A stretch of 64,000 nt of DNA from contig JBFMAY010000012.1 in the NCBI GenBank assembly GCA_040755455.1, positions 1 through 64,000 of the forward strand. The letters are read 5' to 3'. Origin of the DNA: Thermodesulfobacteriota bacterium. GTDB lineage: Bacteria > Desulfobacterota > Desulfobulbia > Desulfobulbales > SURF-16. The position numbers and the translations under genes were made by a program. The notes beneath the pieces are model-generated. The model searched no databases, had not been told where the DNA came from, and saw only the letters and a list, made by a program, of their open reading frames with translations. Shown piece after piece: positions 42,303-52,455 of this stretch (the first letter of the stretch is position 1; each line of letters starts with the position of its first letter).

Positions 42303-43976
42303 ATGACCGTATTTTTCAGCAAGAAAGAAAAAATCGGCGAACTTCTCGTCCGCCAGCGCAAACTGCAACCAAACCAGCTCGAGCGGGCGCTCACCCACCT
42401 TGAATCAGTGCCCCAGGGACTGGGAGAAATCCTGGTTTCCCTCGGTTTCATCAGTGAGGAAGACCTGCTGCTCGGTCTTGCCGAACAACTCTCACTGAGC
42501 ATCTATGCCCCTCAGGAGGAAGATTCCTTTCTCCCCATCAACATCGCCAAAATCTTTCTCCGGGATCACCCCTTCGCCCTGATCAGGCGGGGAGAAAAAA
42601 ATATCCTCATCTGCCACGATCCCCTGGATGGAGATATCCTTTCCACCACGGAAATTCAGCTGAACGAGCCTTTTGAAATCCAGCTCGCCCTTGAAACCGA
42701 TGTCAAAAAAATGGTGGACGAGCATTATGATCTCGGCCTCAAGGAGCTGGAAACGGAGAAATACGTCATTGACGAGGCAGACATCGACAAGCTGAAGGAT
42801 ATGGCTTCCGAGGCCCCGGTCATCAAATATGTGAACAACCTGATTGATACGGGGGTAAACCGCCGGGCCAGCGATATTCACATCGAATCATTCGAGGGTG
42901 GACAGCTGATTCGCTTCCGCATCGACGGCATTCTCCACGACTTTGAAATGCCGCCGTTATCCATGCAGGCGGCCATCATATCAAGAATAAAACTGCTGGC
43001 CGCGCTCGACATCGCGGAAAGACGGATTCCCCAGGACGGCAAGATTTCCATGCGCATCGGCGGCAAGGAGATCGACCTGCGCGTCTCGACCATGCCCACC
43101 GTGTATGGGGAAGGGGTGGTTATCCGCATCCTGGAAAAAGGATCCATCATCCTTGACATGGGTCATCTGGGCATGGGGGAGGAGATCGAGAAGCAATTCA
43201 AACAGCTGATCTCCTATCCAAACGGCATCATCCTGGTCACCGGACCCACCGGCAGCGGCAAGACAACAACCCTTTATTGCGCCTTAAACCAGATCAATAC
43301 AGGCAACAATAAAATCATCACCCTGGAAGATCCGGTGGAATACCAGCTGAAAGGTATCAACCAGACTCAGGTACGCCCGGAAATCGGCCTCACCTTTGCC
43401 AAAGGGCTCCGCTCCATCGTGCGCCAGGACCCGGATATCATCATGGTAGGCGAGATAAGGGATCTGGATACGGCGGAAATAGCCGTCCAGTCATCCCTGA
43501 CTGGTCATCTGGTATTCTCCACCCTGCACACCAATGATGCCCTTTCCGCCGTCACCCGCCTCATCGACATCGGGGTGGAAAGCTTCCTCATCTCCTCCGC
43601 CCTGCGCGGCGTACTCGCCCAACGCCTGGTCCGCCGTATCTGCCAGCAATGCAGTGCCATGCAGGGGCGGATTTCCGAGCACCTTGGTTATATGCCCGAA
43701 GGCGAGGACTTTGACATGTATACCGGCTCCGGCTGTTCCGGCTGTTCCGGCAGCGGCTACAGCGGCCGTATCGGCATTTACGAACTGCTCGTCATGAGCG
43801 ATGCCATGTGCCGGGCAGTGGCCAAAAGAAAAGATCTGGGCGAGCTGAAAAAAATCGCCGTTGCCGAGGGCTTCAAGGAGATGTTCCATGACGGCTTGCT
43901 GAAAATCAAAGAGGGCAAAACAACCCTCGCCGAAGTCATCCGGGTAAGCAGAGGAGCAACGAATGCCGCTCTTTAA
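42303..43976 (+). CDS. gspE: Type II secretion ATPase GspE
   Basis: MshEN-like N-terminus, ASDIHIE, GPTGSGKTTT, RQDPDIIMVGEIRD, GHLVFSTLHTN, CxxC pairs. Confidence 0.92.
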   Translation: MTVFFSKKEKIGELLVRQRKLQPNQLERALTHLESVPQGLGEILVSLGFISEEDLLLGLAEQLSLSIYAPQEEDSFLPINIAKIFLRDHPFALIRRGEKNILICHDPLDGDILSTTEIQLNEPFEIQLALETDVKKMVDEHYDLGLKELETEKYVIDEADIDKLKDMASEAPVIKYVNNLIDTGVNRRASDIHIESFEGGQLIRFRIDGILHDFEMPPLSMQAAIISRIKLLAALDIAERRIPQDGKISMRIGGKEIDLRVSTMPTVYGEGVVIRILEKGSIILDMGHLGMGEEIEKQFKQLISYPNGIILVTGPTGSGKTTTLYCALNQINTGNNKIITLEDPVEYQLKGINQTQVRPEIGLTFAKGLRSIVRQDPDIIMVGEIRDLDTAEIAVQSSLTGHLVFSTLHTNDALSAVTRLIDIGVESFLISSALRGVLAQRLVRRICQQCSAMQGRISEHLGYMPEGEDFDMYTGSGCSGCSGSGYSGRIGIYELLVMSDAMCRAVAKRKDLGELKKIAVAEGFKEMFHDGLLKIKEGKTTLAEVIRVSRGATNAAL

Positions 43977-45186
43977 ATACTCGGCACTGGACAACGAAAA
44001 TGCGGTGAAGGAAGGGGTGGTGGAGGAGACCGACAAAGCCACCGCAGCAAAAAAACTGATGGAGCAGGGTATCCGCCCCCTGGAAATCAGGGCATACAGT
44101 CCAGGCAGCAAAAACCAGATCAGCCTGCCCCATTTTCTCAATTTCCGGAGAGACAAGATAACCCGGGTGGAAATTGATTTTTTCACCAAGCAGATTGCCA
44201 TGCTGCTCAATGCCGGCCTGTCCCTTGACGGGGCATTGCGGGTCATGAAGAACCACAGTCAGAAACCGGCCTTCAAGGAATTCTGCGGCGCGATTGAAAG
44301 AAAGCTCAAAGAGGGGAAATCATTTTCCCAGGCCCTGGCTGATTTCCCCTATTTCACCCCCATGTACATCAATATCACCAGGGCCGGGGAAGAAGGCGGC
44401 ATTCTGCCCGCCATGCTGATGAAAATTTCTGAATACCAGTCAACTTTTCAGGAACTGCGGCAGTTTATCATCTCGGCCTCTGTTTATCCCATTATCCTGC
44501 TTGTGGTCGGTATTATTGCCATCGTCATCCTCATCACCACCATCCTGCCCAGGTTCGAGGTACTTTTTCAGGGGATGGGGCAGCAGCTTCCGGCCCATGT
44601 GGCCGTCATGATGAGTGTTGCCGGCTTTGTCTCCAACCACTTTATCATCGCCCTGCTGCTTGTTGTCGGCCCGGTTGCTCTCCTCGTCTGGTATCTGAAA
44701 CACCCGGAGGGCAAAAAATTCTACCACCGGCAGTCCCTCAAAATACCGGTGCTGTCAGGGTTTATCTGTGAGCTTGAGACAACCCGAATTTTCCGCACCC
44801 TGGAAGTTCTGGTAAACAACGGGGTGCACCTGGCCACCGCCCTGCGCATTTGCACCGGCATCGCCGTCAATGAGCAGTTCCAGAATCTGCTGTACCGGGC
44901 CACCGAGGCCCTGAAGGAGGGCCAGCGGGTCAGCGCCAAACTCAAAGGTGAGGCATTGCTGCCGTCACTGGCGGTGGATCTCCTCGCCATCGGTGAGGAA
45001 TCGGGCCGGGTAGGGGAGGTGTGCGGCCAGATAGCCGATCATTATGACCAGGAGTTGCGCAGCCGGATTAAAAGACTGATCTCGCTCATAGAACCGGCTT
45101 TTATCCTCGCCATTGCCCTGGTGGCCGGTTATGTGGTTGTCTCCATGCTGACGGTTATCTTGAGCATCAATGATATCGCAGGCTGA
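43963..45186 (+). CDS. gspF: Type II secretion inner-membrane platform protein GspF
   Basis: FTKQIAMLLNAGL, GEEGG, YP, GEESG, LIEP; three TM segments. Confidence 0.92.
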   Translation: MPLFKYSALDNENAVKEGVVEETDKATAAKKLMEQGIRPLEIRAYSPGSKNQISLPHFLNFRRDKITRVEIDFFTKQIAMLLNAGLSLDGALRVMKNHSQKPAFKEFCGAIERKLKEGKSFSQALADFPYFTPMYINITRAGEEGGILPAMLMKISEYQSTFQELRQFIISASVYPIILLVVGIIAIVILITTILPRFEVLFQGMGQQLPAHVAVMMSVAGFVSNHFIIALLLVVGPVALLVWYLKHPEGKKFYHRQSLKIPVLSGFICELETTRIFRTLEVLVNNGVHLATALRICTGIAVNEQFQNLLYRATEALKEGQRVSAKLKGEALLPSLAVDLLAIGEESGRVGEVCGQIADHYDQELRSRIKRLISLIEPAFILAIALVAGYVVVSMLTVILSINDIAG

Positions 45187-45232
45187 CAGACGAATATGGT
45201 ACGGCAATGAACAGGAAATATCCCTGGGACAA

Positions 45233-45670
45233 ATGAAAAAGAGATTTGCGGGAGATGCCGGCTCCGCCGGATTTTCACTTTTTGAACTGCTCATCGTGCT
45301 GGTAATGCTGGGAATTCTGGCAGGCATTGCCGCCCCTGCAGTGGGAAGGCTCCTGGCAGGGCTAGATTTCAGACAGCAGGTGGGTGACGTTATGTCGCAA
45401 ATCCGGGCAATTCGCCTGCAGGCGGTTGTCTCGGGGCAACAAATAACAATGAGCATAAAGGACAACAATCTCCTGCTCGGCCTGGGCAAAGACGAACAGG
45501 AGGTGAAAGAGCTGGATCTCAATCCTGAAAGCGAGCTGACCCTGGACCCCAGCGTGGTTATTTTCACGCCCCAGTCAACCGTAACCCCGGCGACCATATC
45601 TTTGTCCACAGGCAGCAGGAGCCGGACGATCAGCCTAGACCCGCTCACGGCCCTGCCGGTGATCCGCTAA
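45233..45670 (+). CDS. gspH: Minor pseudopilin (GspH-like)
   Basis: Prepilin motif AGFSLFELLIV; IRLQAV; start set at MKKRF. Confidence 0.7.
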   Translation: MKKRFAGDAGSAGFSLFELLIVLVMLGILAGIAAPAVGRLLAGLDFRQQVGDVMSQIRAIRLQAVVSGQQITMSIKDNNLLLGLGKDEQEVKELDLNPESELTLDPSVVIFTPQSTVTPATISLSTGSRSRTISLDPLTALPVIR

Positions 45671-45678
45671 GTAAACTG

Positions 45679-46296
45679 ATGGAAATGCATAACAACGTTC
45701 ATGGAGACTGGCGAAAGAGACAGCTTGTCGTGACAGCGCCTTATTCCCCCGGCATGGCAGGACAGCAGGGATTCACCCTGTTTGAGGTGATGGTCGCCAT
45801 ATTCCTGCTGGCCATGGTCTCCTCTATGATCTACTCCATCTTGAATGTCAGTATCCGGTTTTCCGAAAAAGCTGAAAAAAGCATCCTGCTGCTTGAGCGG
45901 GAGCAGGGCCTGATCGGTATCCTGCAACGCCAGATAAAAAACGGCTGGTATGACGGGCAGAAGAAGGAGGTGGCCATTGCCGCGGATGACACCATGCTGC
46001 GCATCGTGACCCGGGCGCCTCTTCTCTACCCGCTTGCCGGGGTGGTGTTAGCCGTGTATCGCTATGACCCGGAGAGCGCCACCCTCTATTATCTGGAAAA
46101 AAGAGATTTTTATAACATCGATTATGACGCCGAGTATGTTCCTCCCTATGAGGACATGCAGGTGCTGGTTGAAAATTGCCTGCCCCTGTCCTTTGCTTAT
46201 GAGGAGGACAGCAGTGCTGTGACAGTGCTCTATGATGACAGGGAATTCTCTTTTACCCCTTGGTGCCAGGTGGAAACACGAACAGATGCGATTTAG
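45679..46296 (+). CDS. gspJ: Minor pseudopilin (GspJ-like)
   Basis: Prepilin motif QGFTLFEVMVA; about 200 aa. Confidence 0.7.
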   Translation: MEMHNNVHGDWRKRQLVVTAPYSPGMAGQQGFTLFEVMVAIFLLAMVSSMIYSILNVSIRFSEKAEKSILLLEREQGLIGILQRQIKNGWYDGQKKEVAIAADDTMLRIVTRAPLLYPLAGVVLAVYRYDPESATLYYLEKRDFYNIDYDAEYVPPYEDMQVLVENCLPLSFAYEEDSSAVTVLYDDREFSFTPWCQVETRTDAI

Positions 46297-46645
46297 GACT
46301 GTGAAAATTTTCCCGAACCACGCAGAAGCGGGTCAAGCGGGATTTACGCTGCTTGAGGTGCTGGTTGCCGTGCTGATCCTTGGCCTGGCCTATGTGGCCG
46401 TGCTGGAGAATTTCTCTATTTCTCTGAAAAATATAAATAAAATCAGCAAAACGCGCCAGGCTGTCTTTGAGGAACTGCTCACATTCAGCGAAGAGAGCAA
46501 GTTCACCGGCGGCAATCTGCTGGCAGATGAAGAACAAAAGGGGGAGGAGGGAACTCTTTTTATCGAGGGTGAAAAATACCGGCTGGTGGTTGTGGAAAGC
46601 AATAGCGGGGAGCTGGCAACCTTGAAACTGCAAACCATTTTATAG
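46286..46645 (+). CDS. gspI: Minor pseudopilin (GspI-like)
   Basis: Prepilin motif AGFTLLEVLVA; short; start set at MRFRT. Confidence 0.7.
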   Translation: MRFRTVKIFPNHAEAGQAGFTLLEVLVAVLILGLAYVAVLENFSISLKNINKISKTRQAVFEELLTFSEESKFTGGNLLADEEQKGEEGTLFIEGEKYRLVVVESNSGELATLKLQTIL

Positions 46646-46647
46646 GG

Positions 46648-47655
46648 ATGCGGTGCAGGCAGGCAACACCTATGATCCACGAGACAAAAGAGCGCAATAG
46701 CTCCGGGCAGCAGGGCTTTGCTCTGGTGGTGGTTATTGTCATCATGCTTCTCATCTCGTTTCTCGCCGGCCAGCTCATCCTGAACGTGCGGACGGAGTTG
46801 CGGGTTGCCTTGAATGCCAAAACCCATGCCGCCGGACTCTGTCTGGCCGAGGGCGGCGTGAACCTGGGCCTGTTCAGACTGCTTGACAAGCCGGTTGAAT
46901 ATATTAATGAGGATTATGAAAAGTTTTTAGAGGGATACGAATATAACGCCTTCCTGGAAACTGGCCATTTAAACTATTATGTGGTTAACGAATCTGGTAA
47001 ACTCGATCTGAACAAATTGAACAAACCTTTACTCGAACTTTTTCTGGAATATATGAAGATTGAACCCGATGAACGGGAAGTAATCATGGATTCGCTGCTG
47101 GACTGGCAGGACAGTGATGACCTGCACCGTATCAACGGGGCGGAGCAGGAAACTTACCAGGCCCTTGATGATCCCTATATTCCAAGAAACGGCAGAATCA
47201 TGGATCCCGCCGAATTCTTTCTCGTACACGGCACCGCCCCGCTTGCCGGGCTCTTCAAGGCCAATGAAATTTTCACCGTGCACAACGATAGCGGATCAAT
47301 AAATTTCAACAGCCTGACCCCCATGATGCTTGATTTTCTGACAGAAGGGGACGAGGAAAAGAAAAAGGCATACCATGAGGCCCAGGAAATGTATGGCAAC
47401 CTAACCGATGAACAGGCCCGCCAGATTTTAGGGGATGAACGGTTCGACCAGTGTTCGGCGGGACTGACCTACACCTCCGGCAACAACAAATATTACTCCA
47501 TTGTTGCCCGGGGTGAGGCAGGCGTCGATGCTGAAGCCCTGGCTGCCAGAGAAAACGAAAACACTCAAAAAACAGCGGCAATCGAGGTTAGAGTCTTGTT
47601 TGAACTGCGGGGCGGCAATATAAACTATTTTGCCTGGGAAGAAGGCTGGTCATGA
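46648..47655 (+). CDS. gspK: Minor pseudopilin GspK
   Basis: QGFALVVV (no Glu5), ESGKLDLN, LDWQDSDD...GAE. Confidence 0.88.
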   Translation: MRCRQATPMIHETKERNSSGQQGFALVVVIVIMLLISFLAGQLILNVRTELRVALNAKTHAAGLCLAEGGVNLGLFRLLDKPVEYINEDYEKFLEGYEYNAFLETGHLNYYVVNESGKLDLNKLNKPLLELFLEYMKIEPDEREVIMDSLLDWQDSDDLHRINGAEQETYQALDDPYIPRNGRIMDPAEFFLVHGTAPLAGLFKANEIFTVHNDSGSINFNSLTPMMLDFLTEGDEEKKKAYHEAQEMYGNLTDEQARQILGDERFDQCSAGLTYTSGNNKYYSIVARGEAGVDAEALAARENENTQKTAAIEVRVLFELRGGNINYFAWEEGWS

Positions 47656-48794
47656 AAGAGGGTATTGAAGTACTCATCCGCCAAGACGGCTTGCATATCA
47701 GTGCACCCTTTAAACAGGAGGTTGAGTTCATTGCCCAGCCCGTGAGCGAATTAGGCAGCCGCCTGGTGCGCTACTGCGCGCCAAAGAGCCCGGCAGGCCT
47801 GAATGTCCTGTTTTATATCGCCGAAGATCTTCTTTTTTTCAAAAAATTCGCCCTGCCCCTGAAAACCGCTGACCTTAAAGAGGCCATAAGCTATCAACTC
47901 GCCATGTTTGCCCCCTTTGACGGGAAGATGCTGCACAGCTTTACGGCCGTGCGCGACAAACAGGGATACAACGTCTGCCTGTATGCTGCTTCGGAAGAAG
48001 CCATTGTCCCCCTGCTGGATGAGGTGACGGCCCAGGGATTTCAGCTGGCCGGTCTTTTCCCGGAAAGTCAGCGCTACGTTACCCGGGCCTGCAAAAAAAA
48101 GGAATGGGCACTGCTGTTGCCGGGCCGCTTCCCCAAACTGGCCATCTTTGCGGATAAAAAGATCAAAGACCGCCTCCTCTGCCACAATGAACCCTCTTTT
48201 GAGGAGTTGACCGCCTTAAACCCCGGTGAGGTTATTTACAAACCAGCGGCGCAGGAGGGGAGCGGATTTGCGGATGCAGGTCGGCTCCTGGCTGAAAAGG
48301 CCCTGCATAAGGAGTTGAATCTGCTGCCGCCCTCGTACCGCCGGCCGGACTATCTCCGCTATGTTCTCATCGGCCTTTGTTTGCTTAATCTCTTGGCCCT
48401 TGTTGCCGCAGGGACGATAAAAGAATATAACATTATAACCTTATTGAATAAAGTCGAGACAGAGATACAAACACTGCGGCCTGACGTCAAAGAGGTGGAG
48501 CAACTTCGCAACGAGGAGAAACAGCTGGTCGATACCGTTGGTCGGATTGAGGGCATCGGCGAAAACTTTGACATCATCCGTTTTCTGGAAAAGGCGACCA
48601 AGGCCTTGCCGGAAAACAGTTATCTCGATCAGATGCGCATGGATGAAAAGACAGGTGCGATCCAGCTGCAGGGATATACCGAAGACATCGGTGCGCTGAC
48701 CGCCAAACTCGATGCCCTTGGCAACGCCAAACTCAAATCAACCAGCCGCCGTAAAAATCAAACTTACTTCAACGTGGAGATCAGCGGCCAATGA
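47652..48794 (+). CDS. gspL: GspL/PilN-like assembly protein
   Basis: Cytoplasmic domain, LNLLP, single TM, coiled coil, LPENSYL..LQGY. Confidence 0.75.
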   Translation: MKEGIEVLIRQDGLHISAPFKQEVEFIAQPVSELGSRLVRYCAPKSPAGLNVLFYIAEDLLFFKKFALPLKTADLKEAISYQLAMFAPFDGKMLHSFTAVRDKQGYNVCLYAASEEAIVPLLDEVTAQGFQLAGLFPESQRYVTRACKKKEWALLLPGRFPKLAIFADKKIKDRLLCHNEPSFEELTALNPGEVIYKPAAQEGSGFADAGRLLAEKALHKELNLLPPSYRRPDYLRYVLIGLCLLNLLALVAAGTIKEYNIITLLNKVETEIQTLRPDVKEVEQLRNEEKQLVDTVGRIEGIGENFDIIRFLEKATKALPENSYLDQMRMDEKTGAIQLQGYTEDIGALTAKLDALGNAKLKSTSRRKNQTYFNVEISGQ

Positions 48795-49354
48795 ATCAGC
48801 TCATCATGTTTCTCAAAGGTCTTGACCGCAAGATCCTCATTCTGGCCCTGGGCGGAATGCTGCTGCTGCTGAACGTCGGCCGGCTGAGCTTGCAGGCATA
48901 CAGTAACCAGCTGGCCGAGGCCCAGGAAAAACAGAACCTGCTGGCCCAGTATCAGGAAACCGCCAGCCAGCTTCCTGCCCTGAAAAAAAGAGTGGCCCGC
49001 CTCAAGCAGAAGGCCGATAAGCTGGAAAAATATCTTTTCAGCGGAACCTCCGAGGAGGAGGTCTCCTCGGCAATGCAGATCATGTTGCAGGAGCAGGTGA
49101 CAAAGGCCGGTTTAGAGCCGGAATCGATAAGACCCATGGTCAGTGGAACCAAAACCACCCCCCGCGACTACCATGAAATTTCCATCAAGATCCGGCTGTC
49201 CGGGACCCAGAGTCAGTTTGTGGATTTTATCGCCCTGCTTTACCGCTCCGATAAACTCTTTCAGGTGGAGAGTTTTACCTTGAAGCCGTATAAAAAAGCC
49301 GAGATGAAAATTTTTATTGATCTCAAAGGGTTTTACACGTTAAAAAATGCTTAA
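48791..49354 (+). CDS. gspM: GspM/PilO-like assembly protein
   Basis: N-terminal TM, coiled coil, ferredoxin-like C-terminus; position after gspL. Confidence 0.72.
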   Translation: MNQLIMFLKGLDRKILILALGGMLLLLNVGRLSLQAYSNQLAEAQEKQNLLAQYQETASQLPALKKRVARLKQKADKLEKYLFSGTSEEEVSSAMQIMLQEQVTKAGLEPESIRPMVSGTKTTPRDYHEISIKIRLSGTQSQFVDFIALLYRSDKLFQVESFTLKPYKKAEMKIFIDLKGFYTLKNA

Positions 49355-50120
49355 ACTCATCGCCGCCATAGTGCTCAGCCTGTCGCTCATCTTTCTGGTA
49401 AAAGAGTCAATAGTTGTTTTGCGCGCGGGCAACACCCCTGCTCCACCGGCAAGCGAAGGCAAACTGAACAAGCCGCAGACCCCCTCTGCGGCGGAAAAAA
49501 ATATGATCTTCTATCCGCCGGTCCCCGCTGCTCTGCCCGACCTCAACAAAGGTTACCTGTTTAATGAAGAGCGGACGATCGAGGGTGCAGCTGGTGAAAA
49601 TGGGGAAGACACGGCCGAAGACTCAACAGGACCCTCGGTCGACATGGATGTGGTCGTTTATGCAGGATCAATTATTTTTGGCGATATGCGCAAAGGCCTT
49701 GTCATGTTTCCCCTGGCCAAGCCGGCGGTCCCGACTGTAAAACTTGGCGCAAGGCAACAGGCACCGGCACCGGCCAAAGAAAGAAATTATATGCAACTCG
49801 CTGTTGGCGAAAGCCTAAGCGGGTATAAGGTTGTCGCTGTTGACCCGGATCGCATCGTTTTTCAAAAAGGGTCTGAAACCATAGAAAAAATGCTCAACGA
49901 TCCGAAAAAAAACCGTATTGCCGGGCCTCCCCCTCCCCCGAAAGAAAAGGGAAAGCCGCCCACGGCCGTGACATCAAAAACGCAACGTGTGCAACTTGAT
50001 AAGGCGCAAACCAGCAGCCCCGTGCAGTCATCCCGGCCGGAAAAAAACACCACTCGCCCGGTTCCGAGCCCCAAAATCCAGGTTCCCGGGGTTCCGGCTC
50101 CACCTCCTGCAACGGAGTGA
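49347..50120 (+). CDS. GspC-like membrane-anchored Pro-rich protein
   Basis: N-terminal TM, LF..ER, VGESLSGYKVVAVDPDRIVF (HR-domain-like), Pro-rich tail; precedes the secretin. Confidence 0.6.
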   Translation: MLKLIAAIVLSLSLIFLVKESIVVLRAGNTPAPPASEGKLNKPQTPSAAEKNMIFYPPVPAALPDLNKGYLFNEERTIEGAAGENGEDTAEDSTGPSVDMDVVVYAGSIIFGDMRKGLVMFPLAKPAVPTVKLGARQQAPAPAKERNYMQLAVGESLSGYKVVAVDPDRIVFQKGSETIEKMLNDPKKNRIAGPPPPPKEKGKPPTAVTSKTQRVQLDKAQTSSPVQSSRPEKNTTRPVPSPKIQVPGVPAPPPATE

Positions 50121-50153
50121 ATCCAAGCTGAGATAATAATTAAAAGGTCACCC

Positions 50154-52442
50154 ATGAACGGTAGCAAAAACATCTTTTTCAACAACAAAGATTCTGTTTC
50201 AAAGCAAGCATCTCATACCGGCCGACCGCTGCTCTGCAGACTGGGGGCGCTGTCATTGCTGCTGATCCTGCTTGGCAGCGGCTGCGCGTATACCAACCGA
50301 CTTGATCTCCCCCCTGTCGATCTGGCCAAGGCGAACCAGGCCATCAGCCGGGATGAGAAAAAATCCGCTATTCTCGAAGCGGAAGAGCAGCAGGACCAGC
50401 ATGAACCGCGCTCCAAGATCAAGGACATGAAGCCGGCCCAGGAAGGCCCGGCCAATCAGGCGGCGCAGGTTACTGCCCCAGGAGAAAAGAGCAAGACTCC
50501 GGCGGTTGCCGGCGCAGCTGCGACCGACGGGATTCTCCTCAATTTCGATAATGCCGATATTTTTGAGGTTATCCAGGTAATCGCCGGTACTTTAAACCTT
50601 AATTACATTATTGATCCCCAGGTAAAGGGGGTGGTCAACATCCACTCCGGCAGCAAAATTCCCCTGGATCAGCTCTATGCGGTTTTTACCAAGATCCTGC
50701 ATATCAACGGGCTCGATATCCGCAGCGAAGGCGACTATCAATACATCTACGTGGCCAAGAAACTGGGCAACGAACGGGTCAGCGGCCCGGATAAAATTGC
50801 CGGCCTGAAGGATTCATCGCAGTTGATTATCCAGGTGGTACCCCTTGCCCATCTTGCATCCGCCGAGGTGGTGAAACTCGTTGAACCTTACCTCTCGGCC
50901 CAGGGATCGGTATACGATCTTCCCCAGCAGAACACGTTACTGATCAGCGACTATGAGAGCAAAGTTCTGGATGTTCTGCGCATCATTGCCCGAATAGACA
51001 TCTCGCCGCTCGCCTCCCTCCAAATCAAACTGGTCCGGGTGGATAACGCCCCGATCTATGATTTGCGGGATGAATTGACGGAAATCTTCACTGCTCTCAA
51101 AATCAACGGCAAAGACTTTGAGGGCATAAGCGTGGTACCGCTGGAGCGCGTCAATTCACTGATGCTGGTCAGCACCAGTGCAAACCAGGTGCAAAGCGGG
51201 GTCGACTGGATAAAGGAGCTGGATGTTATCCCCTCCCAGGACAGAGACAATATCTATATTTATAATGTGCGCAATTCCGTGGCTTCAACGCTTGCCGAAC
51301 TCATGAACCAGCTTCTTACCGAAGAATCACCGACAACCCAGAAAAGCACGGAAAAAAAGACGACATCCACCCAGACACCACAGACCGCGCAGACCACCCC
51401 GCAGACCTCGGAACAGAAAACCAGCAAGGCGACGAGCAAAAAAAGCCGTGACGCTACCGGCAAATCCTCAACCGGCAAATCACTCCCTTCCCTGCGTTTT
51501 GTCGGGGAGCCCGTTGTTTTTGCCGATGATGACCGTAACGTTGTCCTGATCAGGGCCCTGCCGGCGGATTATACCCGCATCGTCAAACTGCTGGAACGGC
51601 TGGATAATCTACCCCGCCAGGTGCTGGTTGAGGTGCTGGTGGCGGAAATAGTACTGAAAAACGAACTGGAGCTTGGCCTCGAATGGTTTCTCACCAGTAA
51701 CAGATTTTCCCTCGGCACGGAGTTTTCCGCGGTTGGAATGAGCAAGTCCGAATCGCTGCTAGGAGAGATTACTACCTCCTATCCCAGCGGCTTCTCCTAC
51801 TCCTTCACCGCAGGGGATGTGGAGGGCTTCCTGCAGGCCCTGGCCACCAGAACCAACTTCGCCATCCTCTCCTCCCCTCAGGTTCTGGTGTTGAACAATG
51901 AAAAGGCCTCGGTAAATGTGGGCAAGCAGGTGCCGATTGTCACAACCGTTACGGAAAATACCACAGCCGCCAGCCAGGTTGACAAGTCAGTTCAGTACAA
52001 GGATACCGGCGTCATCCTGGAGGTAACTCCCCAGATCAATTATAATGGCGTGATTCTGTTGGAGGTGAGCCAGACGGTGAGCAAGGCCCAGGAAAACACC
52101 ACCTCGGACATCAGCTCGCCTGAGATCTCCAAGCGCGAATTGAAAACCAAGCTGGCGGTCAAGAACGGCCAGTCCATACTCATGGGCGGCATGATCGACA
52201 AGAATACCGCGACCACCCAAAGCGGGGTACCCTTTCTCATGGATATCCCCATTCTCGGCAACCTGTTCAAGTATCAGAAGGATCTTGAAGACAGGACGGA
52301 ACTCATTGTGCTCATCACCCCCTATGTCATTGAATCAGAGGATGTGCTTGATCAGTATACCCGGGATTTTGAAGAAAAAATGAAGCAGCTGCGGCCGGAA
52401 ATCCACAAGCCTGTGGCGTCCAGCCCAAGGGAAAAATGGTAA
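50154..52442 (+). CDS. gspD: Type II secretion secretin GspD
   Basis: LNFDNADI, N domains, LD..PRQVLVEVLVAE, SSPQVLVLNNEKA, YKDTGVILEVTPQIN, VPFLMDIPILGNLF, RTELIVLITP. Confidence 0.95.
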   Translation: MNGSKNIFFNNKDSVSKQASHTGRPLLCRLGALSLLLILLGSGCAYTNRLDLPPVDLAKANQAISRDEKKSAILEAEEQQDQHEPRSKIKDMKPAQEGPANQAAQVTAPGEKSKTPAVAGAAATDGILLNFDNADIFEVIQVIAGTLNLNYIIDPQVKGVVNIHSGSKIPLDQLYAVFTKILHINGLDIRSEGDYQYIYVAKKLGNERVSGPDKIAGLKDSSQLIIQVVPLAHLASAEVVKLVEPYLSAQGSVYDLPQQNTLLISDYESKVLDVLRIIARIDISPLASLQIKLVRVDNAPIYDLRDELTEIFTALKINGKDFEGISVVPLERVNSLMLVSTSANQVQSGVDWIKELDVIPSQDRDNIYIYNVRNSVASTLAELMNQLLTEESPTTQKSTEKKTTSTQTPQTAQTTPQTSEQKTSKATSKKSRDATGKSSTGKSLPSLRFVGEPVVFADDDRNVVLIRALPADYTRIVKLLERLDNLPRQVLVEVLVAEIVLKNELELGLEWFLTSNRFSLGTEFSAVGMSKSESLLGEITTSYPSGFSYSFTAGDVEGFLQALATRTNFAILSSPQVLVLNNEKASVNVGKQVPIVTTVTENTTAASQVDKSVQYKDTGVILEVTPQINYNGVILLEVSQTVSKAQENTTSDISSPEISKRELKTKLAVKNGQSILMGGMIDKNTATTQSGVPFLMDIPILGNLFKYQKDLEDRTELIVLITPYVIESEDVLDQYTRDFEEKMKQLRPEIHKPVASSPREKW

Positions 52443-52455
52443 AAAGGAACGACAA

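Noticed and set aside
51340..51440. Tandem repeat in gspD (CAGAC-rich)
   Set aside because: Low-complexity T/Q/K linker typical of secretin N3 loops, not a repeat array or CRISPR
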